Below, in pieces: positions 1 through 12,600 of a stretch of DNA of 64,000 bases. Numbering within the stretch: position 1 is the first letter of the stretch; the number at the start of each line of letters is the position of its first letter. Source of the stretch: Ophelia neglecta. Its lineage: Eukaryota. The stretch covers positions 41,602,001 through 41,666,000 of the forward strand of contig OZ260663.1 in assembly GCA_965285935.1 (NCBI GenBank), read 5' to 3'. The notes below the pieces were generated by a model. The model was not told the origin of the DNA and ran no database searches. It saw only the letters and a list, made by a program, of their open reading frames with translations. The position numbers and the translations under genes were made by a program.

Positions 1-214
1 CATTATTTTAAGTATAAATTTCCCCGCTTCCTATGCCACTGTACGTTGATCTTTCATGCCAAAAAACATGGAATAAATTCAATTATTGGCTGTGTAATGG
101 GCTTGTAAATAACCTTCCCACAGGTAACTATATGATTATGGTCAAGCCAACTGAGGACAGACGCTTCTGACCACTGCTGCATTACACCATTTTTGAGAGG
201 GCAAAAAGTGAGAG

Positions 215-318
215 GGTCATCATTAAAAAGTGGGGGGGCCAAAACATATGATGGCCCCCCACTTTTTAAAGTTGGGGGCCATGCCCCCCCCAGCCCCCCC
301 CCGTTTCCTACGCCACTG
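215..318 (-). mobile_element. Fragment of a GC-rich CAGTGGCG-terminus non-autonomous DNA transposon (MITE)
   Basis: Ends ...cccccccgtttcctacgccactg (reverse complement CAGTGGCGTAGG...), with an internal inverted repeat aaaaagtggggggg...ccccccacttttt. A similar end lies at 21-41. Confidence 0.5.
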
Positions 319-1007
319 TGATTACTGTTAAATGATTATGGGACATATCTAATACAGACCCCAACAATACTCGTAACATATTTATAAGCAAGGTAATAAG
401 AAAAGGATCTGACATCATGTAGGTATCAATGGGAATTTAAATTGATGTCAATGAGGTGACTGGACGGGGTTTAGCCTGAAATCTACCCCTGAAATTTGTG
501 GTCCAATATGACACAAGCCTGATTAGCTTGCTCCAATATATAAATGACCATAAATGGTAGCGTAATGGCGACAGTGATGTATACTGCTAACACTGCAACT
601 TGCAGTAATGTAACACATGCGGCAGTACTACTTATTGAACAAACCTAGACATGAAACTTGCAATGACCCATTCACACTTGGGGATCATGCATGTGCATGA
701 ATTGATCAATTTTGACTCAGCTAGTTTAGCACTCCAAGGGCAATATTTTATCTAGTATTCTATATTTAGAGTCTAAAACCATCATAGTGTATTCCCAATG
801 CTTGTACAGAATTCTACTTCACTGGAGTTGGTTTTAATGTATTTGTGAAGCGGTATATCATTTCGGAAAATATACATTTTTGAGGACACTACATGGACAT
901 TAAACAACTGAAATATGGTAATTATTAAGTACTTGAGTGCTGTCCATTTGCATACTATATATATCCCTGACTATGTTCGGGATATCCCAGAGTATGTTTT
1001 CTGTTAG

Positions 1008-1099
1008 CACAGGTGCTAGTGTCAATGTCAATGCTACCCACTGTGTATAAGAGCTCTTATACACAGTGGGTAGCATTGACATTGACACTAGCACCTGTG
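1008..1099. mobile_element. 92-bp perfect palindromic (foldback) MITE with 8-bp target-site duplication
   Basis: Mismatch-free inverted repeat centred on GAG|CTC (1053/1054), flanked by the direct repeat TCTGTTAG at 1000-1007 and 1100-1107. Termini CACAG...CTGTG. Confidence 0.85.
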
Positions 1100-1528
1100 T
1101 CTGTTAGTAGTCATTTCCTATAGGTAAACTGTAAGTAAACGTGTCCTTTGTTTTACAGTATTTCTTAAGCACCCATTGTTAATAAAACGTAAAAGTGCCT
1201 TTTTTGACAGTGGAAAAATGCAACGCCAGTGGTTTAAAAAATTTATTACAATGCAGGTCTACCCGTTAGGTCACATATATGTTTAACATACTCCTGTTAT
1301 GTAGGGTTGATTTTAAACTGTTTTAAACAAATAGTTGAACAAAAAATGATGCATGGATCATTCAGGCTGAACTTTGAAGTCTCTAACATGTGACAAGATT
1401 TGATCTATTCATAAGTCAAACAGCCATTTTGCGTTTCTTGAGAGGTGTGATATTTTCAATGTAGCTAATACTTCTAGGCACACTGTGGTACATGAATAAT
1501 ACATCTTAGAGATAGGAATAAATTAAAT

Positions 1529-1590
1529 ACAGTGGAACCTACCTTAAAGACCACCTTTATAATCGGACCACCTGCCAGTTCAGACCACTA
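1529..1590 (+). mobile_element. Partial pogo/Tigger-type MITE end
   Basis: TA|CAGTGGAACCT terminus followed by repeated GACCACC units; same family as 45300-45437. Confidence 0.45.
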
Positions 1591-1868
1591 ACATGATGAC
1601 CATGCAATATACTTTCAATTGTAAACAATAGTTAATAGGTTGTATCGCCGGAGTGCTGCGAAACCTACATTGGGCCAATGTGGTGAATTCGATCGCGATC
1701 TTACGATGTTGGCCCAATATGACTGTGCTAGCTGGGTATATATAAGGACTGTAATTTGCTATAGTCAGAAACATTTTTGATAATTTTATTTGAGTCAACC
1801 AAAAGAACAGGTGCAAAAAAGAGAAAACACTTTTTGGGGTGGGATCTTTGACAAATCAATTTATATAC

Positions 1869-3193
1869 CTGGTGCGTTCATGTCCTATAACAATGTAGAC
1901 GTTGTAGGCAATTGCATAGTTTATCTGATGTGATACATTTATCCTCCACTCAATATATATCAGATGCTTGTTTTTATGATAAGTACCACTGATCACTGGT
2001 TCATACAGATCTGTAAAGAAATGCAGTTATGTAATGCAAGTAAATCTTAAGTTTTAACAATTTCTGCCCCACCTCCACTTAATCTGTCATGGTAGAGGCA
2101 CATATGATATATTTCATGCTTATCAATTTGAACAGGCCCTGATAGGCCTTTTCATTATATTTCTGGCAGCCTTTTTAGCAGTTAGCTTTAAGACTTGTCA
2201 TCCGATCTTCAATCACAAGATTAATATTCTTTGCAGGCAAAATAAGAAACTTTAAACTACCTAACTATCCATTTCCATTTCTGTAAATGCAGAAAATGTA
2301 TTCATGCCATTTTTACTGTGCTATGCACCCACAGCTTTTGTTGGGCATCAATTCTGCAAGAAGCATACATGCATGCAATGAATTAATTTAAAGCCATGCT
2401 CCCCCCCCCCCCCCAATATAAATTGATAATACTTACAATCAACATGAATTTCTGTGTTTAAACATACTGGTACATCTGATTCATTCAGACAACACTGTAC
2501 CCTTGCTTCACTCATTTTCAGTGTGATGTTTGGGTAAGACAGGATAAAAGTGCCAGTACCCGTATTATTAATGAAAGAGTCCTTAATGACAATGCCATTC
2601 AGTGTAAAATATGGCACTTTTCCATCTGAATCGTTAATATGGCACGGCACTAACAACAAACTACCAACTTCACAGTAAAAGTCACATTCGGGTATTTTGT
2701 GATTACCATCTGCAATGAAAATTAATCATTTTACTCCTGCAATCACCAAAACATATAATAGGGCTAATTTCCATGTCTATTATTATGTTTGTTAATATAG
2801 GTAAATTAGATATCAAAATGCAGATTTCATTTATTGTTTTCTATCGGCAATATATGCTGGGATGGCAACAATCAAAATAAAATTCAAACCAAAGTAACGT
2901 TATTCCATAAACACTTTCCCTAACAACACATTTCCAATATATCCAAAGGGCTCAGTGTAGTCAGATATAAACCACTCAATAATTTTGAATAGTTCTTTTA
3001 AAGCTGAACATAGCCATTCATCTCATATTTTAATGCCATTATATAAACCCCTGAATTTACTCTCACCTTTTGTACTGCATGGATTCCCTGTCCCAAGGCA
3101 CGTAGATTTGCTGTGAGTCATTGCTGTTACATGAAAACACATGTTTAAAAACATAGAGGAAAGAAGTATAGGCGGGGTACTCCCCAAAGACAT
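1869..3193 (-). CDS. Partial (5') gene for a signal peptide + Ig-like + FN3-like cell-surface protein, possibly cytokine-receptor (gp130/domeless)-like; downstream exons not identified
   Basis: Three coding exons join in frame with GT-AG boundaries. 3193-3067: MSLGSTPPILLSSMFLNMCFHVTA...PCSTK, phase 1. 2709-2437: DGNHKIPECDFYCEVGSLLLVPCH...SEARVQCCLNESDVPVCLNTEIHVD, phase 1-1, Ig-like Cys spacing. 2010-1869: YLYEPVISGTYHKNKHLIYIEWRINVSHQINYAIAYNVYIV, phase 1-2, FN3-like. An upstream leader exon ends at 3590 with a GTAAGT donor. Confidence 0.7.
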
Positions 3194-3981
3194 GTTTGTT
3201 CATCTTCAGGTTGGGAATAACGCCATACATGCAGCTCTTAAGGATGGTCTCATCTCGTTTTGAAGATTACGTATCTATATAATTGAAAAAACAAATTGCA
3301 AATCAGCATTTGCATAGCACAAAACATAGGCCCTAATTTTAAAAATCGGAAGGAAATGACCCGGGCTTGGGTATTTATTTCTTATTTAATATATACATTG
3401 TATACATTTAAGGTACAGTGTACATTGAATGGGAATAATATAGCCACAGCCTTAACTGTGGTATGGTATCAGGTACTTATGGAAGTCTCCTTGATGTTAA
3501 TAAATTATTACTTGCAGTCTATATTTGTGTTAAATCAATACATTGTATAAAGCAATTCAAGTACACATTTTACTAAACACGATACTTACGATGTAGATGT
3601 GGCTACCGATAGTTTGTAAAGAGTATGGTCCCGGGGTATGGACTGGCTTTATGTTCATACCCAAGCCGGAACCAGCATCTATGCGGGATCAGGAAGCCAT
3701 TCAATTAATCTGTTTTATCTGTATTCGAAATTTGCACATGCATTTAATTTTCGCTTGTTCTTTATAACAAGGAATCAGGACTATATAAAGTGCCGCGAAC
3801 ATTAGCTGCACGTGGATTATCATCAAATGGCGCTATTCAGTGACCGAGATAGTCTCGAAAGTTAAGCTTCAGCAGTTTCACAAAAAATAGGACAATTGAC
3901 CGTGGGGTCGTGAAAGTTTTATGTCTTACAGTAACGTTTGTATAAAACAACGATGATGTTTTCACGTTCGTCTGGAATATA

Positions 3982-4193
3982 CAGGGGCGGATCCAGGAAT
4001 TTCCAGGGAGGAGGGCCCACTCCATGTGGAGGAATTGAAAAGCAGGGGGGGGGGGGGGGGCACAGAAGCTGGGGGGGGGGGAGGGGGTACATACATACAT
4101 CTAGTTGCCTATGTTTTGGGCGCCTAGATGGGCTTGTTCAGAGTAAAAAAAATTGGTGGGTGGGTGGGGGGGGGGGGGCTGGATCCGCCCCTG
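3982..4193. mobile_element. MITE with CAGGGGCGGATCCAG terminal inverted repeats
   Basis: 15-bp perfect TIRs (CAGGGGCGGATCCAG / CTGGATCCGCCCCTG), internal poly-G tracts, ATA on both flanks. Confidence 0.8.
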
Positions 4194-4229
4194 ATACAAA
4201 GACCCGCAAGTAGTGGAGTATGGGGCAAG

Positions 4230-5460
4230 ATGCTCACAAAAAGTAGACGATTCAATTCCTCCGACATACATAGCAATGGGGTACAGTACAATCTGTTTTA
4301 TATTCAAGTAAAAAATGTTTTTTGTTATCTACTTGACATATCTCTGCACAGAATGAGTAGTAACTTTGTCCAGGATTATACCAGGGGATGCATTCACTAT
4401 CTTTATATTGGCAAATTATTGAAATAAACAGGTAAGTATCCATTTTTGAATTTGTTGTAGAATTCTAGTATATTGAGTTTATACACATCTTCAACTTTAA
4501 GCAAACCCATGTTTTTTTTCAGAATGGGTTCAGACTGCGATAAGTATTCACTGTGGGAAAAAGTCCTAACAACTTTGTTTTTGCAATTTTGTCAGGTGTG
4601 TGATATTTGAATGAGATCCCCAATGTTTGAGGTGAGGAAGAACAAGAGTATTGCACAAGGTCTTTAAATGGTTTGTGGGACAGTAATTTCAATCGATTTA
4701 TTACTGTTGCATGAGATATTTTATTTGAAATTTTGTTTACATGGCCCGTCCAGTCTTAGTTTTCATTAATTAGTAGACCGAGGAAATTAAATTCATCAAC
4801 TTATTCGATGGCAATAATATCAATTTTGAGTTCAGGAGGTCAGACTTTTTTCTGTCGCATATGCATAATCATACATTTCGTTTTAGCACTATTCAAGAAA
4901 AGTTTATTAGTTTGAGCCAATCGTTTATCCTAGAGAGTTCAAAGTTAATTTTGTCATTGGCATCTCCTCGATATGCATGTATTGGTCAAGGCTGTGCATT
5001 GTTCTGGTCGAGGTCGTATCATTTGCATGTATTATTTTAGCCATATTGAGGTCATTTATATAAATTATAAACAGAAGTGGGCCTAGTATGGAACCTTGCG
5101 GCACGCCAGTAAGAACGTCTAAAACGGAAGATTTGTGACCATCAAAATCAGTTTATTGTTTTCTATGTGATAAAAAACGTAAGTTATTTATAAGTTGAAA
5201 TGGAATACCATTAATACCATAGAATTTAAGTTTCTATGATAGAATTTTATGGTCTATGGTATCGAAGGCCTTTGACAGGTCCATAAATATCTTAATGGTG
5301 TATGGCCTCTGTCTAGTTCTTTGGTTACAATATCAATACTTTCTAACGCTGCTAATTCAGTGGAGTGTGTGACACGGAGCCCATTTTGACTATCAAAATA
5401 TAACTTCTCCCTATCAAAGAAAAAGTAAATCTGGTTGAATATCTCTTTAAATGTAGGTGA
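4230..5460 (-). mobile_element. Decayed CR1/L2-group LINE, RT and C-terminal fragment
   Basis: Minus-strand translations show MDLSKAFDT (about 5260-5285), [11 protein letters not shown] (about 5078-5110) and LLKVEDVYKLNILEFYNKF (about 4450-4505), interrupted by stops and frameshifts. Confidence 0.8.
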
Positions 5461-7499
5461 AAATTTTATGACCCCCCTGTTAGAGACCGCGCTGATTCTT
5501 AAACCAACCCAACATCCACTTTGCAGGATAAAATTCAAATTGCCGACTGAGTCTCCCAATATATTTGCCTACGTTCAAAATGTGGCATTAAAAATTGTAA
5601 CGGTGTTGCATCGAAGGAAAATGAGGCAAGATTTTTGCGTGAAGGGCAAAAAAAAAAAACAAAAAAACAAAAAGCAATAAAATACACTGTTAAAGTCTGC
5701 AGTCTTTTCTGTAAACCGCATCGGAAGACATGCACTAGTAAAACACAAGGATGAAGCACTGTCATGTTTGCAAAATCATATAACTGTAAAATAACCTAAT
5801 AAGTGAACCCTGGGTATTGATAAACTCACTGATAAGTGCCATCTCAACGAGTACTCCAACATCATTTAATTGGCTGATAAGTAATCCTGCTTATTGACAT
5901 TGAGTACAAGATATGTTTATTAAAAATGTAAAACACACCAAGTAAGTAAACGGGAGCCACACGCGCTGTCACTTTATTTGCTTTTTTCTCGAGATAGATA
6001 ACACACTGGCAAATGCACTTAACCATTACCCTAAATCAAATTTAGTCCTCAAATGATTGTTAAGCGGTAATAATACATACTCCTGATACCCTCTCGAATT
6101 ATGTAATACGACTATACTACAGAACATCAAGAATCTCCTGAAAGTCCATACCGCAACAATGAGCTCTCAATGCTAAGGCAACTCAACAAATCTTCAATTG
6201 TGTTACTTTATTTGTTATTCTCCAAATTCAATTCGATTTCAATTTAGTTTATCGTCCAAATATAAATGCATACATTAATCGATAAACAGATAATATTATT
6301 TCATAAAAGGCGTATATTTGAGCAATGGAAACATGGGATTTAAGCCCCCTAATTAGTTTTAACAAAATAATTACAAATGAATAAATGTGTATGGTGCAAA
6401 ACAATTAACAACAATCAATTCAGAGTGCACTACCCACCTACCCAGGTTCAAAAAAGTAAACAATCACATAGAAAATGACAATTAATATATAGTTCAGTTA
6501 CATACAAAAAACGTACAAAACCTACTGGTCACAGAGAGTGGAACAAAGCAGAAGATGTATTGGAGGTTCAATAAAATATGATTAAGGATGTTTTTTGTCA
6601 AGCATATAATGGTACAAGGTACAGAGTCGTTTAATATGTGCCATGATTCATAAATTTAGCCAAGTAATCATTTACAAATACCGTCTTATTCATCTTTATT
6701 GTGTTATAGTGTTATAACGTTTACCTGAGATCCATACAAGTTTCAATGCAATAAATTAATAAACAAATAAATAAATATAATAAATGCTAGAAAAAAATGC
6801 TCATGTCTGGTATTAATATCTGGAACCGCCTTAGCAATATAGCGTTAAAATATTTTTCTGGGATGTTGCTATAACGTAAGTTATCACGTAACGTTAGTCC
6901 AGCGGCATAATGCAATATTTTGCTGAACGTGTTATGTTTTATTGCTGTTCCGGTAACTTTAGCAAGTCTAAAGTAAGAATCCAAGTGATGTCCCTCTGGC
7001 ACCATTGAGGAATGTTAAAAGAAGTTCAATGTTCAGACGCTGACCTTTAGGGGCAAAGATAACGTCTTTTTTGTCATGGATGTGTCTGTGTTGGTTTGGA
7101 AACTTTGCACGTGAAGACATGAGACTTTCAAGCTTCCACTGTTTGGCCTAAACAACCCCAAGAAAAAGTGTGTGCATGGAATGGCATCTTAGACGGTGCG
7201 TTTAAAATATTAAAGTTGTGTAGGTGTAAAATAAGTAAGCTTGGGCCGATAGAATAAACCTTACATTTAATACTTTTGCTTTCTATGCTTAATTAACTTT
7301 CATGTACTGTAGGCCTCGATATATCCCAATTTGTTGTGTCAACAAAGGGCCTATTGTTTATAATAATTATATCAAAATTGTCAAAAGCAGCTCCGGGCTA
7401 TATATAGAATTTATTTGCATTTCTCGGCCACCAGCCTACAGTGCACATCGGTTACAAAAATAAGACATTCGTGAGTTACATACTAGAATATAATTTGTT

Positions 7500-8900
7500 T
7501 TCACTTTACAGATTCACCAGTAATAGCTGATACAATATTGTTTCTGACTTCAAATGCATGTTTAATTTATTTGTAGAGACTAAACAAGGAACAAAAAATT
7601 CTTTTACATCACCAAATTCCTGTAAAAACCAGGCAATACCAAAACCAAAACTGCACACAAGATTCCACACACAAATTACCCATGAGTCTCGGCTCATGTT
7701 CTTGTACATACAATATCATTGCCGTGGCAGTCTACTTTCACCCATCATTAACCGTTAGTCGTTTAGACCAGTACTTAACAGTATTGAACATATAGTGAGC
7801 ATTAAGGGGTAATCGTCCACCTTCTCGCAGTGCTGCACGATTTAACGTGTTTGACCAAAGTCTGAGGACATACTTGCAAAATCTAGAATGGACAGTTTCA
7901 ATTTTCTTCTGATAATGTGTACCCCACATTTCTGATACACAGCACATCAAAATAGGCAGAACCATCCTGTCAAAAAGCACACGAGATATCCTTGGATCCG
8001 AATTTTCTTTCAAAGGTCTTAATAATATAAACTGCCCGTTCAGCTTTCTTTGACAATTTTTCAGTCGCCCTAGTCCATAACAGACGAGAGGATATTGTCA
8101 AACCCATAATATGAACAGACATCAACCAATTTACTATAAAGAAACCACCCTCCTTTCCCTCTAAGAAGACCACCATTTCAAAACACCATTACTTTTGTCT
8201 TTTTCAAATTTACTTTCTTATCGAATTTGTCACAGAACATGGAGAGTGTATTTAGTTGAGACTGAAGCCTGCCTATGGTATCAGCCAGATCAGCAATATC
8301 ATCCGCATAAACAGTGCAATCCATTCCTGATTTCTGTCCTATGTACGCCTTTTCATCTTTCATTAAGTAGCTTCAGTAGTTCATTAATTAACATCACATA
8401 CAAAAAAGGGGACAGCATCCCTGTCTTGTTCCTATTGAACAAGAAAATAGCCTACTAAGACTATCTTGTAGTTTTACTTGCGATTTCAATTTGTTATACA
8501 TGTCGCTAAGAACATTTATAACCCTCCTATGAACACTAGTTTTTATAAGAACAGACCGTAGTATGTGAAAGAACCTGTCACCTTTTTAACTTAGATATTT
8601 TTGAACAGTTGCTTGTAGAATAAATGAGTCATTTATTGTGTATCCTTTCCTGTATCCCGCCTGTTCATCAAAGAATTTTATTTGAGCCTTCCGCCCAGGT
8701 GACTAACCTTCTTGTCAATTTTTTGTAAACACCTCTTCGTCAATAGGGGATGGGGATTTTTTAATATTTGCACATTCTCTGCCTTGTTTCTACAATGATG
8801 ATTGTCACCCGAACTTGCTATAATGTCCATTGGTTTATTAATATTATAAATTTGCTTTATGTCCTTAATATAAAATGACTTGTTGTTTGTTTGTAGGCAT
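7500..8900 (-). mobile_element. Decayed RTEX-like LINE RT fragment
   Basis: Broken ORFs carrying YADD...GRLQSQLNTL..FCDK...VNLKKTKVMVF, LFDRMVLPILM..SEMWG and IETVHSRFCKYVL, homologous in style to the RT C-terminus of the 51.9-55.4 kb ORF2. Confidence 0.8.
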
Positions 8901-9199
8901 CAATTTCCCCTTCAGCCTCAGAATTTGTTTTAGGCCCCTAATTTTGCATTTTTCAGTATGTCACATGTTTCGGTACTCAATGGAAAGTGTCATTTTGGAG
9001 AACAGATTAGCTTGATAAAGTGAGATTTCCGAAGGGCGAAAATTAGTTTCTGTCATGATTGACGCTCTCTTATATTCATATATGCTATGCATATTGCCTA
9101 TAGTGTTTATCGCGCTATTTAGGCTAGATTCAAGTACGCGTGGAGGCGACACTACTTCACACAAAAGTCAAGATGAAAATGCTTATGCCTAAATTAAAT

Positions 9200-12100
9200 A
9201 TTAAATTCGGAATAGCCACGAATGGTTCACCCGTCACACCGTCCGGCGAACCATTTTGTATTCCTCCTGCTATAGGCTTACTGTAGCACATTATATGGAT
9301 AAACATAAAATGAGACAAAATGTCCTCGAAGTCACGACCACATAGGTGACATCAATCACATTTTCCCAACGGAATAGACGAAAGCGTGGTCAAATAAAGT
9401 ACAACCCGGGCAGCCTATCCCTCGTTCCGGTGGACCATCCACAGCCTTGAACCGATCGATATGTTCTGGTCCACAGCAACTTTCAATATCATTAACTATC
9501 ATTATCTATCACACGTTCTCTCAGTTCATTATCCCACTTTTTTCCCTGGGAGGATTCCGGTTTCTTAATAGTCCTTTAGTAAATCTGAGAGCTCGTATTT
9601 GTTGATTAGACTCACTGTGTCACGGAGGAATCCGCTTGTTTTGACGTATATCCTTGGAGGATCGACTGTTGCCGAACTAAGTCGTTTTACAAAGTGTGTC
9701 TTGGCTGAGTATCTTTGGTTGAGGTGGCACATTCTACCAAAGAATGACAATTTCTGAATGTCAATCATGATTTCAGCAGATGCCTCCCCCAAACTTGTCA
9801 AAGATATATCAGTTCTGGACCTTGGATGGAAATTTTGGATAGTTTTTACACAGTGACACCACGCTCTTTCTCTATCATAGTCATGCAGTTCCACAGTTCG
9901 CATCCAAACAACGCGCTGCTGATGACCACTGATGTGAGCAGGGCGAGATGCGTGAGTGTTCCTGCACCAAGTCTACACATAGCTGCTAAACGACGCTTAA
10001 TCTGTGTGCACGATTCCTCGATCTGCGTTTTGGATGTCGTTTTTGAGTTCAGAATAATGCCAACGTGGATGATGTTTTCCACCACTGGTAAAGCTTCCCC
10101 TCCCAGAGGCCATTTGCCCCGTTTTTTTAAATTTTGAAACACCAATGCCTTTGACCTTGTGGAATCGTAGATAAAAACCCATTTCCTTGAGTACTCATCA
10201 CAAATGTCTATCATTTTTTGTATTCCGTCTGGTATCAAAGACAACAATACAATGTCGTCCGCTTGGGTGGGACAGCCACAGAAGACACCAATGACATCGG
10301 ATCCAGACCCTGATGCCTCAAGAATCCAGAGCATTTCATCATAGAAGGCCCTGAATTTATGAGGACCTCTGACGGAACTCTGTCGTACTGATTGTCCAAC
10401 AGGTTTATGCTCGGATTTATTTCCATTTAGTAACACCTGATTTGTCATATTTCTATAAATTCCACTAACAGCCTCCAAAACTTTCCTTTAACACCTAGTT
10501 TGTGAAGCTTAACAAATAGTCCAATGTACCATATGGCATTAAAGGCTGATGACAAATCCAAAAAGCTGGAAAATACGCTTGACCCCGTTTCTAGATGATG
10601 AATCACACATTCCTGTACAGTGAGGGATGTCATCATACTGGAAACTCCTTGCTGGTAGGTACATTAAAGAGTATGGGGAATTTGAATCGATACAGAGTAA
10701 TATAAGTCGTTTAAATACCTTGAAAATGACAGACCGCAGGGTGATTCCCCGATGGTTTTTCCAGTCATCCTCATATTTTTTAGTTCCTTTGAATATGACT
10801 ATGGTTAGTCCGTACTTCAGCTTGTTGGAAAAGTGCTCCAGTCCAAACATTTGGTTGTATAGTAGTTTTAATGATTTCACCAATGATTTTCCACCATACT
10901 TGAGGTGCTCATGGGTTATGCCATCTCCTCCCGGGGCTTTTCCACGCTTGAGTGCCTATATTATACACCCCTTACCTCTTCGTGGGTTGTATTGGTCTCT
11001 GAAATATGCGTGCCATTTAACTAGTATTTCTACCGTGTTTCTGTACACTGTTTTGCCTTCTCGAAACTCATTTACTGTTTTACCTATCGACACCTGACTT
11101 CTTTGCATAAGATGATACAGTTTTTTATGATCATTTTCTGCAGCCTCTTCTATCTCACGGTGCACAACTGTCACCAGTTTTGATTGGTGACTGCGCATTT
11201 TACATCTGAATTGTCTCTTAGAGGTTTTGTTAGCTTCATTTTTGGAGGAATCCGGTGCATTCTTCAGTGCAATACGGCGATTCGCTCCCCTTCCAGAATG
11301 GCTTTGTGTGTGGATTGAACGAGGTTGTCGGAAGATTGTCACACGCACTTTGTTTTAGTGTTGACACTCACCTTTCATAGAACACATTAAACTCGCACGC
11401 TGTGATTCATTGGCCGAACTGTGCAATAACCGGATATAGCGTTCTATGATATTTGACTCCCATACGAGTTCCTGATGTCTTCTTCACTGAACTTATTCCA
11501 GTTAATATATTTGGACTGTGGTTTTCACTGACTGTAATTAACGTGCGGTACGGTAAGTAAAGTGATTACTGGTAGGTGGTCACCACAGTTCTCGTGGTCT
11601 TCGGGGAGAATATGCGTATCATGTGAGAGATCTAATTTTGATTTTGGTATCACAATATGATTAATGGTACTACTTAAACCGCCATTCTGTCGAAAGCGGA
11701 AATTAGGCCCTTGTCAAAACTCCTGAACTGTTAAAGAGATCAAGTCGCAGTTAACCATCAGTTTTTCTAATGCCTTTGAACGACTGCTCAATTTACACTG
11801 TTGGTCCCCTGGTCCACGCACGGGAGCATTAAAGTCGCCCATAATCACCACTTGACTGTAGTCCACAAACTCATTGTAGGACACCTGTAGGCATTCCAGG
11901 GCGTCCATATGTTCTTTTTTACCTAAATATACCTCGAGGGTAAGTACGCACATATGAATGTTATGTATGTATTGGTCTTTTGCAATTCTGAGTTGCAATG
12001 CTCCTAAGCGGTCATTGCTTAGATCAATCACCTTTATTGTATGATCATATTTCTTATTCCGAAGAAACCCTTCACATCCTTTTCCTCGTCTGTACGGGTC

Positions 12101-12600
12101 TACTGAAACCAAAGTCTTGTCACATGTCCCCCAACCAGCGTACTGAGAGTTGATACAATTAAGGAATGTAAAGCTATTTGGAAATAGCCAGGTTTCCGTC
12201 AGGATAAGGATCTCGATGTCTTTGGCTGACAGGAGCCATGAAATGTACAAACTATTTCGCATACAACCTGGCAGTAGGAGTACCGATATAAGCAGCAATA
12301 TAATGTTTTTTCAATCAATGTTAGTAGTCTGCAGTTTTAGTCTGTCCACTTTCTAATATTCACATTATTAGGCAAGAACCCTTGGAAGGATATGTTCCAA
12401 TAATTGTGCTCTTCCGTCCACAGGACCGCTGCAAAAGATTTTGTCTTTTTGCTCCGTATCATTGTGAGTCTCTCCGTTCTTATATGCCTTTCATGTTAAT
12501 GGTCCTAAACTGTAAATCTATTTATTTCATTCTCAATATTTCTTTCATAGAACTTATTGATTTATATGGACGGTAGTCTCATCCTGTAGGCCTGCATCTG
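9200..12600 (-). mobile_element. Decayed long LINE (Proto2/RTE-group-like) with APE endonuclease, RT and C-terminal zinc knuckle
   Basis: APE motifs LTETWL and IMGDFNA (11714-12298) plus DHLPV (about 11570-11583). RT motifs HRGITL, FLDLSSAF, VRQSSV and QADDIVL (9846-10883). CHLCGRDFEDILSHF knuckle at about 9305-9351. Many frameshifts. The 5' boundary is uncertain and may extend to about 13.5 kb. Confidence 0.85.

Noticed and set aside
483-645. Hydrophobic minus-strand reading (VLAVYITVAITLPFMVIYIL) as a TM exon of the Ig/FN3 gene
   Set aside because: Splice phase does not connect to the phase-2 donor at 1869, and there is no convincing donor; may be chance.
3837-4443. Overlapping Gly/Pro-rich ORFs
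   Set aside because: They arise from poly-G tracts of the MITE and adjacent LINE remnant; not genes.
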